A stretch of 64,000 bases of DNA from a virus: IMG/VR virus record IMGVR_UViG_3300034691_000049, positions 8,810-72,809 of that record. One strand, 5' to 3'. Below the pieces are notes generated by a model. It had not been told where the DNA came from. It was given only the letters and a program-made list of their open reading frames with translations, and made no database searches. The translations under genes were made by a program, and so were the position numbers. Of the stretch, positions 56,390 to 64,000 are shown in pieces. Positions within the stretch are counted from its first letter, which is position 1. The number at the start of each line of letters is the position of its first letter.

Positions 56390-57850
56390 ATGGCTAACGT
56401 ACAACTGGTACAAAAAACGGGTGTGATTCCGCTGAGCCGGCTGATTACTCAACAACTGTCTTACGGATGGGCGCTTTACGGCAGTCCTTTTGACTTTCAG
56501 GGTAGTCCTGCCCAATTGATGGTTCAGACCTCGGTTCCTGTCGGCGAGGTTGGCGAATATCGCCTCGTCGAGAAAGACGGCAAGATGACCATGGAAGCTC
56601 AACTGAAATCCTTGATGGAGAACGGTTGGACGCTTTATGGAGATCCTTTTACCGCGTACGGCCTGTCGGCCCAAGCGGTTGTTAAAGGCAATGTGCCTAC
56701 GTTCCCGGGACCGTCCGGCTCGGGCGAAATTCCTGCCGAGTTACTGGCACGAATCGCGACCGTCGAGGACAAAGCCACGGGCATGGCAGCCACCCTCGTA
56801 GAACACGATGGTGAGCTGTTGGGTAAAGCATCACTAGTCAATGGCAAAGTGCCCTATGACCAACTGCCTGCGATCCCTGTAGGCCGCAAGGTCAACGTGG
56901 CCAACCAAGCAGCCCGTCTGGCGCTCTCGGTTTACGCCGACCTCACAATCGCGTATCAGAGCGATACAGGCGATGCTTGGGGCTTGGACGCTAACGCAAA
57001 TCCAGCCACTGCGGCTAACTGGTCAAAACTGGGAAATGCGCAAGCGCTCGGTGTCTCTTCCTTTAATAGCCGTACCGGGAATATTGGCCCGCAGACTGGC
57101 GATTACACGACCGAGATGGTCAGTGAAACCCCGGCCAAACGCTACGTTACCACGGAGCAAATTGCCCTATGGAACCAAGCACCAAACCCGGGTTTGATTG
57201 ATGACAAGATCGCCGCGCAGAAGACGGCCGACGGCCTGGTCTATGAGACGAAAGAGCACGCCAACGACACGTTCCTGAGCAAAGGCTCTCGTGGTGCTGC
57301 ATCGGGTGTTGCGCCACTGGATGCCAATCAGAAAGTGCCGTCGGCCAATTTGCCTGCACCACCTGATATCTCTGGTTTGATCCCCGCTTCGCAGAAGGGG
57401 CAAGCCAATGGTGTTGCAACTCTGGATTCCACCGGGAAGCTCGTCGCGGGTCAGTCAACCCGGGGTGTTGCCAATGGTGTTGCCCCGCTTGATGCAAATA
57501 GCCGCGTGCCTATTGCAAACCTACCGGCCTATCTGCCGCAAGCTAAGCGTGAATGGCGTGATGTGAAAGCCAGCCGAGTTGTCGGCACTTACTACAAAAA
57601 CGTCACAGGCAGCGAACAACTAATTCGTGTTCGCCACAAATCGCTTACTAACTCTGGCCGTTTCACTCAAATCGTCGTTCGCTTCAATTCCGGGACTAAG
57701 TGGTATGACTTCACCACTATGAAGAACGGATCTATCGGCACTCAAGAAGAGGTGATGACTATTGTACCGGCAGACTGGGAATACGCTGTAACCACCCAAG
57801 GGGGCACTACAGATATCAGCTTGATTGATACTTGGTACGAAATGTACTAA
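56390..57850 (+). CDS. fibre-like virion protein with DUF1737-like N-terminal repeats
   Basis: GGAGG RBS; two GWxLYGxPF repeats; VSSFNSRTG; three GVAxLD repeats. Confidence 0.75.
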   Translation: MANVQLVQKTGVIPLSRLITQQLSYGWALYGSPFDFQGSPAQLMVQTSVPVGEVGEYRLVEKDGKMTMEAQLKSLMENGWTLYGDPFTAYGLSAQAVVKGNVPTFPGPSGSGEIPAELLARIATVEDKATGMAATLVEHDGELLGKASLVNGKVPYDQLPAIPVGRKVNVANQAARLALSVYADLTIAYQSDTGDAWGLDANANPATAANWSKLGNAQALGVSSFNSRTGNIGPQTGDYTTEMVSETPAKRYVTTEQIALWNQAPNPGLIDDKIAAQKTADGLVYETKEHANDTFLSKGSRGAASGVAPLDANQKVPSANLPAPPDISGLIPASQKGQANGVATLDSTGKLVAGQSTRGVANGVAPLDANSRVPIANLPAYLPQAKREWRDVKASRVVGTYYKNVTGSEQLIRVRHKSLTNSGRFTQIVVRFNSGTKWYDFTTMKNGSIGTQEEVMTIVPADWEYAVTTQGGTTDISLIDTWYEMY

Positions 57851-58030
57851 TCAAGCCAGTTCTGGTAGTTTAGCCAGCAAAGTGTTGTGATACGACCCGA
57901 ACAAGTTACGTAGTCTGTTCGTGGTCAACTCCCCATCTTCCAGCGCATACAAAGCCTCCGCGAGAACATCGTGGAGGCTGTCGTACACCGGAAATACAGG
58001 ATTATGTACGGGTGGGATGAATTGTTGCAT
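57851..58030 (-). CDS. small hypothetical protein (59 aa, ...YHNTLL)
   Basis: Read by hand; AGGT RBS. Confidence 0.6.
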   Translation of the reverse strand: MQQFIPPVHNPVFPVYDSLHDVLAEALYALEDGELTTNRLRNLFGSYHNTLLAKLPELA

Positions 58031-58038
58031 GAATGCAC

Positions 58039-58308
58039 CTACTCGGGGCTTTCACCCCGGACTTCGTTGATTGCGAGGTCAATTGCCTCACGTTTGATTT
58101 TGCGACCTTCTTCGCTATTTTGGACAAGGGTTTCATCGTCCTTTTTAACAACACGCACAGCCTCGTACACGATGTCTTGCATAGTGCCCTGAGTGACGTA
58201 AACCGCATACTGCCGGCCTTTGCTGAACCAACCTTTAATTTCTACAATAACCTGGCGGCTTTTGCTTAGCATGAAGTCGAGCCGCTCGGTGTCAGTGATT
58301 TCACTCAT
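58039..58308 (-). CDS. hypothetical protein (TDTERLDF...REAID family)
   Basis: Common phage motif; packed gene. Confidence 0.7.
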   Translation of the reverse strand: MSEITDTERLDFMLSKSRQVIVEIKGWFSKGRQYAVYVTQGTMQDIVYEAVRVVKKDDETLVQNSEEGRKIKREAIDLAINEVRGESPE

Positions 58309-58311
58309 GGT

Positions 58312-58638
58312 TTATACCTTTACGCTGATGATTGGGGAATCGTCTACTTTTTGCTCCTGGCACAAGCCATAACGTTGAAGCAACGAGTAATACTTGTTAT
58401 TTGACGCTTCAATTTCGCGCATACGACTTTGATGTGCACGAAGCGTACGCATGTGTTGTTTTGCAAACTTTTGAGCATCGTTAAGCTGCTTTTGTACATC
58501 AGCCAGCTCTGCAACCACAGCATCAAGTGATGCTTTAGGTACATACGGGATAACGGTCAAATGCGAAGCTTCTGCTGCCCAACTTGGGTAAATCGAGTGC
58601 AGCGTCTCAATTCCGTCGGAATCGCGGATCGTCCACAT
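58312..58638 (-). CDS. hypothetical coiled-coil protein
   Basis: Packed gene. Confidence 0.65.
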   Translation of the reverse strand: MWTIRDSDGIETLHSIYPSWAAEASHLTVIPYVPKASLDAVVAELADVQKQLNDAQKFAKQHMRTLRAHQSRMREIEASNNKYYSLLQRYGLCQEQKVDDSPIISVKV

Positions 58639-58640
58639 GT

Positions 58641-58829
58641 TTATTCTCGCAGTTCGGCAAAACCTTCCGCGACCATACGATCAAGCACATCTTTGCGCTT
58701 TTCGGTCTGACCGTCAGGTTGCTCGTGGATGTTTTGGGATTCGTTACCGAGAACCCACATGTCATGCATGATGGAACGCAGTTTCTCGGAACGAATTTTC
58801 AAATGACGGGTGTAGTGCGGATGGGCCAT
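58641..58829 (-). CDS. hypothetical protein
   Basis: Packed gene. Confidence 0.6.
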   Translation of the reverse strand: MAHPHYTRHLKIRSEKLRSIMHDMWVLGNESQNIHEQPDGQTEKRKDVLDRMVAEGFAELRE

Positions 58830-58840
58830 GCAATTCTCAG

Positions 58841-59203
58841 TTAAAGAAGCGCATCCCGTACAAGGAACAGCCGACGGCGGGAAATCTCCAGAGGTTTGTC
58901 AACGAACCGCACAGAGGCGTCGTGATACTTGGGATTGCTCAACCGAGGGCCGTAACCTAACAGGAAACGCTTACGGACAATGATATGACGGTTGATGTGC
59001 ACGAAACTACCTGGATGGGCTGCAAGCATCAACAACAAGGAAGTGTCGTTGGTGACCAGCATGTCCATGACATTGTCATGGCGCATGTAGTGAATTCGGA
59101 TCAGCTTTTCGTCGGCTTCCGCGTAGACAATGCGCTTCGCTTCGCAGGTCTTTTGCTGGTCGCCGTAGTGGTACTGGCGGTACGTTGTGGTGTCGCCTTG
59201 CAT
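58841..59203 (-). CDS. stand-alone LytTR DNA-binding domain protein
   Basis: IVYAEADEK, FVHINRHIIV and LEISRRR match the LytTR pattern; GGAG RBS. Confidence 0.75.
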   Translation of the reverse strand: MQGDTTTYRQYHYGDQQKTCEAKRIVYAEADEKLIRIHYMRHDNVMDMLVTNDTSLLLMLAAHPGSFVHINRHIIVRKRFLLGYGPRLSNPKYHDASVRFVDKPLEISRRRLFLVRDALL

Positions 59204-59535
59204 CGTTTGTGCTCCCGGAAGAACTTCGGTGGTCGTTTGTAGAACAAGCCCATGTTGTGGGCATCCTTCTGCTTACGATACACGGTCAGACGGGGAATTT
59301 CACCCGAGAGGAAACGGGCTGCATCTTTAGGGTCAACGTAACCCAGCTTCCCGTTACACACGGTCAGCTCTTTACGGTTGAAGCCTTCTTCCAGGACTTT
59401 ACGTGCTTCTTTCAAAGCGGCGATCAATTCGCGGGCAGCCAAGGCCTGCATTTCAGGGGTGGTGCCAGGGTCCATCGAAGCGATGAACGTATCGACCGTT
59501 TTGAGCGGGACCGGGAGATTCTGTACTTGAGACAT
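59101..59535 (-). CDS. hypothetical protein
   Basis: AGGA RBS; C-terminus overlaps the LytTR gene by about 100 nt. Confidence 0.6.
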   Translation of the reverse strand: MSQVQNLPVPLKTVDTFIASMDPGTTPEMQALAARELIAALKEARKVLEEGFNRKELTVCNGKLGYVDPKDAARFLSGEIPRLTVYRKQKDAHNMGLFYKRPPKFFREHKRCKATPQRTASTTTATSKRPAKRSALSTRKPTKS

Positions 59536-59564
59536 GAGACTTCCTGTTTACTTACTGGTTTGGT

Positions 59565-59831
59565 TTATGGAATGCAGTATTGGGAGCCGCCGCAGTAATA
59601 ACCGATGCGTTCACCGTCGTCATAATTGATTGGGCCGGAGTTGCCACAGCCGCAAGACAACACTACCCGGTAGTGCTCACCGTCGATATCCAGCTCAGCA
59701 GAGCCATCGGCAACACACTCGAAGCAGCAAAACTGCAACTTTGGGTCGATTAGCATTCCCATGTTGGGTTCTTCGCAGCATTCGCAGCTACTGGCGGGCT
59801 CGCATGCAGAAGTCATTGACTGCTCCCACAT
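59565..59831 (-). CDS. Cys-rich small protein
   Basis: 12 Cys in 88 aa; GGAG upstream. Confidence 0.55.
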   Translation of the reverse strand: MWEQSMTSACEPASSCECCEEPNMGMLIDPKLQFCCFECVADGSAELDIDGEHYRVVLSCGCGNSGPINYDDGERIGYYCGGSQYCIP

Positions 59832-60180
59832 CTACGGAGATACCACCCATTTGGGGCAGGATCTGGTCGATGATTTTAAGGCCGAGCTGGATTGTCAGCT
59901 TTTGGCTTTCGCTGGTGTATTGAAAACGACCGGCTTGATCGCGCAACTTCTCTTTAGCGCTGTTCAGGTCACGTTGCAACCTGGCGATCATCAATCGATC
60001 GGTTACATCACTGCCCTGGCCACGCAAGATGCCAACCATGTGCAAGTGCTTTTGGGCCAGCTCTTTGGGCCACATGCCGTGTTGCTCACCGCAAACGTGG
60101 CAGTTATAAGTAGCAGGGCCGGTATTGTCACGTTCACCGGATGCTCCGACGGCTTCACAGAATAAGCAGATGTATTGCAT
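59788..60180 (-). CDS. zinc-ribbon plus coiled-coil hypothetical protein
   Basis: CLFC...CHVC; AGGAG RBS. Confidence 0.7.
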   Translation of the reverse strand: MQYICLFCEAVGASGERDNTGPATYNCHVCGEQHGMWPKELAQKHLHMVGILRGQGSDVTDRLMIARLQRDLNSAKEKLRDQAGRFQYTSESQKLTIQLGLKIIDQILPQMGGISVDVGAVNDFCMRARQ

Positions 60181-60259
60181 GGATATAACTCCTGATGCCC
60201 GGGACAGCCCGGGCGTACTGTATGGGGATGGGTCACCAGACTGCCCGGAGGGCAGAAAC

Positions 60260-60571
60260 TTAGGTGCGAATCCAGCCCCAGATACGGGTCAGCAGGCCAG
60301 CCTGACGCGGCTTCAGCTTCTCGGCGCCGTTGCCATGAATGGTGACTTCTACGCCGTCACGGCTGAAGCTGACGCTGTTGGCATGATGCAGCGCATGTTT
60401 GTTTTGGTTCTGGCGCTGACCCTGGCGATAGCCGATGTAGTACCGATGTGCATGCCGGTGAGTCTTCTTGATGGACTGCGGCCGGCCCGCGATGCCGTCG
60501 GCCAAGCCGCGGTCGTAGGTCTCATTGCCGAGATTGACTTCAGCCTGATTACGTTGAGAATTCTTGCTCAT
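60260..60571 (-). CDS. hypothetical protein
   Basis: GAGGTG RBS; YDRGLADG...YYIGY. Confidence 0.65.
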   Translation of the reverse strand: MSKNSQRNQAEVNLGNETYDRGLADGIAGRPQSIKKTHRHAHRYYIGYRQGQRQNQNKHALHHANSVSFSRDGVEVTIHGNGAEKLKPRQAGLLTRIWGWIRT

Positions 60572-60900
60572 GGGAACACCTCGTTTAGTGTTGCGGTGGA
60601 CATGGGAGAATCTGCGCCGTTGTACCAGACGCAGGAGTAATGTTTGACAGGATCAACACCGTGACCCAAGTTTTGACATTTCTGGCGGAATTGCGTTGCG
60701 CCATTTGGTATTGCGAAGATGAGCCCGCAATCGTACGAATTCGAACGCACATCGCTGAAGATCATCGTGCCATCGTAGTTGAGGTACAAATCCTTTGCAT
60801 AAAGGATCTCGTTGAGATCTTCCCAGGCATCAGTGCCAGAATCGCCAACAGGGGTCTTCAGCTTGCCGAAGTACCCCTGTGATTGAACGTTATCACTCAT
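60568..60900 (-). CDS. hypothetical protein (WYNGADSP motif)
   Basis: ATGA overlaps. Confidence 0.7.
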   Translation of the reverse strand: MSDNVQSQGYFGKLKTPVGDSGTDAWEDLNEILYAKDLYLNYDGTMIFSDVRSNSYDCGLIFAIPNGATQFRQKCQNLGHGVDPVKHYSCVWYNGADSPMSTATLNEVFP

Positions 60901-61100
60901 TCCGGCTTCTCCAGCGCAGTACGACGACCGCCGATGATTTTATGCGTGATTTCGCACTTGATGATGGTGTCGCCGACTTTGATCTCGCCAACAGTGGCGC
61001 AATCACGCGTAAGCTGTCCAGTGGACAGCAAATTGCCTGCCGCGTAAGCACCGCTGCACGTAAGTGCCGTCCAGAGACAAAATGCCCAAAAGCCGTCCAT
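60897..61100 (-). CDS. small membrane-anchored protein
   Basis: AAGGA RBS; hydrophobic N-terminus. Confidence 0.65.
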   Translation of the reverse strand: MDGFWAFCLWTALTCSGAYAAGNLLSTGQLTRDCATVGEIKVGDTIIKCEITHKIIGGRRTALEKPE

Positions 61101-61102
61101 AA

Positions 61103-61438
61103 TTATTCCTTTGCGCTGGGGGCGCCGATGTAAGGCTTGGTCTCAGGATATTCCTGACGCAAGTCCTTGAAGATTGAACCGAAGCTCCAGGCCATGAAGC
61201 CAGGAGACTTGTTTTTGACCACTTCGAGCAGCCGGCCCACATCATCCGCAAGGAAGGTGTAGGGCTGCTGCCCAAGATACATCTTTTGAACCTTACCCAC
61301 GTCAGTTGGTTCAACGAGGTACGCAGTGCGTTGCACTTCGATATCGTCGATCTCATGCCGACGGATTTCACTGACCTTTTTCACGTAAGCGTTTCTCCTT
61401 GGCTTTGTGATACTTTTTCGATGACTTGGACATCCCAC
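61103..61438 (-). CDS. hypothetical protein (start uncertain)
   Basis: ORF within the packed run. Confidence 0.55.
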   Translation of the reverse strand: MGCPSHRKSITKPRRNAYVKKVSEIRRHEIDDIEVQRTAYLVEPTDVGKVQKMYLGQQPYTFLADDVGRLLEVVKNKSPGFMAWSFGSIFKDLRQEYPETKPYIGAPSAKE

Positions 61439-61670
61439 GAGGCTTGATTCCCCGGAATGTGACGGGCTGATAGCCGAGACGTCTGATTACGATGTCCATG
61501 CGTTGCTTGCCACAGAAACCAATGAAATGAGCAGCTTGCTCGCCGGTATAGTCCTCTTTGGCCATGCGAATCAACGCGGCCTGAAAGAGTTCCCCTGTGA
61601 TCTGCTCATATTGCGCAATGATCTTTGTTGCATGCATAGCCATGTTAGAACTGCCATTTCCAGTAGCCAC
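61368..61670 (-). CDS. hypothetical protein (start uncertain)
   Basis: ORF within the packed run. Confidence 0.5.
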   Translation of the reverse strand: MATGNGSSNMAMHATKIIAQYEQITGELFQAALIRMAKEDYTGEQAAHFIGFCGKQRMDIVIRRLGYQPVTFRGIKPRGMSKSSKKYHKAKEKRLREKGQ

Positions 61671-61872
61671 GGCTGAACTTGATCTTACCAGTCCTCTTCC
61701 ATTGCTGGATTTGAGCTTTGGCCGCTTCGGCAGAATCAGCCGAGAAGCAGCGAAGTCTTTGAATCTGCCCGGTGAGCATATCCAGGGTGAATGCGTGGGT
61801 CATACTGGCCCACAACATCACCTTATTGGTTTGATCTTCAGAGAGCTTGTTCTTCACTTCCGTCGCCTGCAT
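61645..61872 (-). CDS. hypothetical protein
   Basis: AGGA RBS. Confidence 0.55.
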   Translation of the reverse strand: MQATEVKNKLSEDQTNKVMLWASMTHAFTLDMLTGQIQRLRCFSADSAEAAKAQIQQWKRTGKIKFSRGYWKWQF

Positions 61873-62584
61873 TTTTCACTTCCTGTATTTTGATTGCGCA
61901 AAGACGCAGCATTTCGAGTCGGTTGATCAAATTGCTGTCGTGTTTGGAGATTGTGTGTTCATACCACTCAGCGCCGAGATATAACTCATCGCAGTTCTCG
62001 GAGATGAACGCTTCGACTGCCTGAAGACCGTTAGGGGCACGATCTTCTAGCAGCTCCTCTACACGGTCGCAGAACTCGTCAAATTTCATATGAGACTGTT
62101 CAGGTGCATGCTTTTGCATCTCCTCGATAACCATATCGAGTGTAATAGGCGCAGAGCCCCCAACCCAGTCAGAAAGTTCGACGTTGTCGCCATCTTCCGT
62201 ATCCGCGTCGATATATGGCACGAATTTGTCTTCCAGAAGACCACAACCTGCCTCAACCAACACTTGTTTGAGGGAATCCTCGCAAAGCTCACGCTTCTCA
62301 CGGTATTCCGAGTTCAGTTTGCTGATCATGTAGCCGCAGACTGACTTTCTGGCAAGGAAGTCGATTCCGTAAGCAGAACCCACACCAAATACCAGACTGT
62401 CTATGTCCCCGTACATGGCGATGCCGAATCGGCTAATCACCAGGTCGAAGCCATAGGTAGAGCTGCCATTGTTGGTACAGCGCCATACTTCAGTCGGGCC
62501 GTTGCCACAAATCAACTCGACCGTGTGATCTTTGACATTCGAGGCTGCCCATTCCAGTTCACGGGCGAACTTGTCCTTAATCAT
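61838..62584 (-). CDS. hypothetical protein (248 aa)
   Basis: Long ORF; acidic C-terminal half. Confidence 0.75.
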   Translation of the reverse strand: MIKDKFARELEWAASNVKDHTVELICGNGPTEVWRCTNNGSSTYGFDLVISRFGIAMYGDIDSLVFGVGSAYGIDFLARKSVCGYMISKLNSEYREKRELCEDSLKQVLVEAGCGLLEDKFVPYIDADTEDGDNVELSDWVGGSAPITLDMVIEEMQKHAPEQSHMKFDEFCDRVEELLEDRAPNGLQAVEAFISENCDELYLGAEWYEHTISKHDSNLINRLEMLRLCAIKIQEVKNAGDGSEEQAL

Positions 62585-62688
62585 TTGGTTTACTCACCTT
62601 AGCCCTCTTCTAGGGCGTCTTCTCAAAGAAAAAAAGATGGCCTCCCCCGTTAGGGGAAGACTCATCAAGGTGCACGGAGTGCACCACT

Positions 62689-62889
62689 CTACTCGAAGAC
62701 AATCACCTTGTTTTCGCGAACTACAGTACCTTTCGGCACGCGAACTGCAATTTCCGTACCCGGAGGCAGATCATCTAGCCAGTGAGTCCACTCCACGTCA
62801 TTTTCGGTGTAGGTTGAATACCCAGAAGTCTTCTCCCGTTGAATGATGACACCAACTTTCACAAACTCCATTATCTCAACTGAGGGCAT
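62689..62889 (-). CDS. hypothetical protein
   Basis: Follows the RNAP subunit gene; probable start 62871. Confidence 0.55.
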   Translation of the reverse strand: MPSVEIMEFVKVGVIIQREKTSGYSTYTENDVEWTHWLDDLPPGTEIAVRVPKGTVVRENKVIVFE

Positions 62890-64000
62890 AATTACTCTCC
62901 AGAATCATCTCTGCAAGCTCATCAGCGTCGTGCTGACCGTTGTAACTAGGCGTAAGCCCGGTGATTTGCTCATAGATGTCCTCAAGTACGCGTGCCCGGG
63001 CCAGATCGGCCATGATTTGTGCGTAAGTGAGGCGCATCCAGTTGCAATCGTTGGCGTGACACTTGAACTCATCGTGCACGGTGACGATCTCGAAGGGAAT
63101 GCGCGCAAGGATCTGATCGGCCAGTGAGATCATCTGAGCGATGTGTTTGTCGTCCATGTACTGTACGTCGTCACTGGTCAGATAGCTGAACAGGCGGGCG
63201 GCCGGCATCTGGCAACCGCCCCAGACAGCAATGAGCTGTTGGGCCATGTTGGTGGCCCCAGTCAGATCGACTTCCGCACGGATACCCTTGGCACGCATGT
63301 CTTGCTCATATTGCAGTTCGTACAGTGAGTTCTTCACCGCAACGAAGTTGTAGTTGCAACGCAGCTCCATTTCCCGCAACAGGTAGGCGTCCAGTGAGTG
63401 AGTCACGTTGGCCACCAGCTTTAGATCAGACTTGGTGCCTTCGTTGATGTAATAGTCATAGGTGAACGTGGCACCGTCCAGCTCGTCAACCTCGACGCGC
63501 TCGCCTTCAACCTTCTGCATCACCTTGATGCGAACATTGAAGTTGTCCGGGCACACCCAGCGGTGTTCCAGTGCATATGGCTGCCAGGCCATGCGTAGGT
63601 CACCCAGCAGCTCTACAGCTTTCGGGGCGACTTCACACAGGCCAGCATAGAACGCATCCAGCTCTGGCGTGTCCTGCCCGAAGATCTCCCGGGGAGTCCT
63701 CTGCGAGCCGTACAGAGCCGTCATGGTGGCCTGCTTGGCATCGTTTCTGGCGATGATCATCTCACCATCCAGCATACGGTTGGCCGCTTCCACCACCATG
63801 GTGTAGGCATCGTTCCGCAGGTTGGGGTCAATCAGGTTGGTGGCCAGGCAGCCGGCCAGGCACCGAGTGACCGCGGACATGATGGACATGCCCGAGCAGG
63901 TGGCATCAAGGCCAACCATGTGACCAATTGCTTCACCGCGGCAAGCGCGGTACAGGGCATTGACAGCTTTCAAGTACAGCGGACGTTCTTTCTTACTGGT
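62876..64000 (-). CDS. RNA polymerase II subunit (N4 gp16-like), 5' end outside the window
   Basis: GLDATCSG motif A, RNDAKQATMTALYGS motif B, ANVTHSLDA, VHDEF motif C. Confidence 0.92.
   Translation of the reverse strand, partial: TSKKERPLYLKAVNALYRACRGEAIGHMVGLDATCSGMSIMSAVTRCLAGCLATNLIDPNLRNDAYTMVVEAANRMLDGEMIIARNDAKQATMTALYGSQRTPREIFGQDTPELDAFYAGLCEVAPKAVELLGDLRMAWQPYALEHRWVCPDNFNVRIKVMQKVEGERVEVDELDGATFTYDYYINEGTKSDLKLVANVTHSLDAYLLREMELRCNYNFVAVKNSLYELQYEQDMRAKGIRAEVDLTGATNMAQQLIAVWGGCQMPAARLFSYLTSDDVQYMDDKHIAQMISLADQILARIPFEIVTVHDEFKCHANDCNWMRLTYAQIMADLARARVLEDIYEQITGLTPSYNGQHDADELAEMILESNYALS

Noticed and set aside
1-64000. Integrase, reverse transcriptase, DGR, intein or homing endonuclease
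   Set aside because: No matching motifs seen; polymerase, terminase and helicase look uninterrupted

Overview
Most of the genome of an N4-like podophage (Schitoviridae), probably with a Pseudomonas-type host (inferred from tail fibre, lysis and LytTR gene types). The assembly is circularly permuted, with the likely genome end near 2 kb. The + strand carries the late/structural block: gp69-like, terminase, portal, major capsid, ejection proteins and the 3382-aa virion RNA polymerase (2.1-28.1 kb), then a tail/lysis block (37.9-44.3 kb). The - strand carries early and middle genes: gp1-like, RNAPII gp16 (cut by the window end), MoxR/VWA pair, ClpX-like ATPase, helicase, PolA, dCTP deaminase, exonuclease, primase, Sak4-like ATPase, SSB and RuvC-like resolvase. 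Four observations stand out. (1) A ~940-nt apparently non-coding tract (28.8-29.75 kb) is built from tandem multibranched RNA domains whose G-U pairs favour the - strand and which repeat an AAGCUGA motif; it is a candidate large structured ncRNA or ncRNA array. (2) Two atypical tRNA genes lie nearby, both with the alanine identity pair G3-U70 plus A73; one has an Arg (UCU) anticodon. (3) Two fused genes resemble nucleotide-signal sponge (anti-defence) proteins. (4) Hairpin vRNAP promoter candidates sit near the genome end. All calls were made by eye from motifs and N4 gene order; no searches were run.
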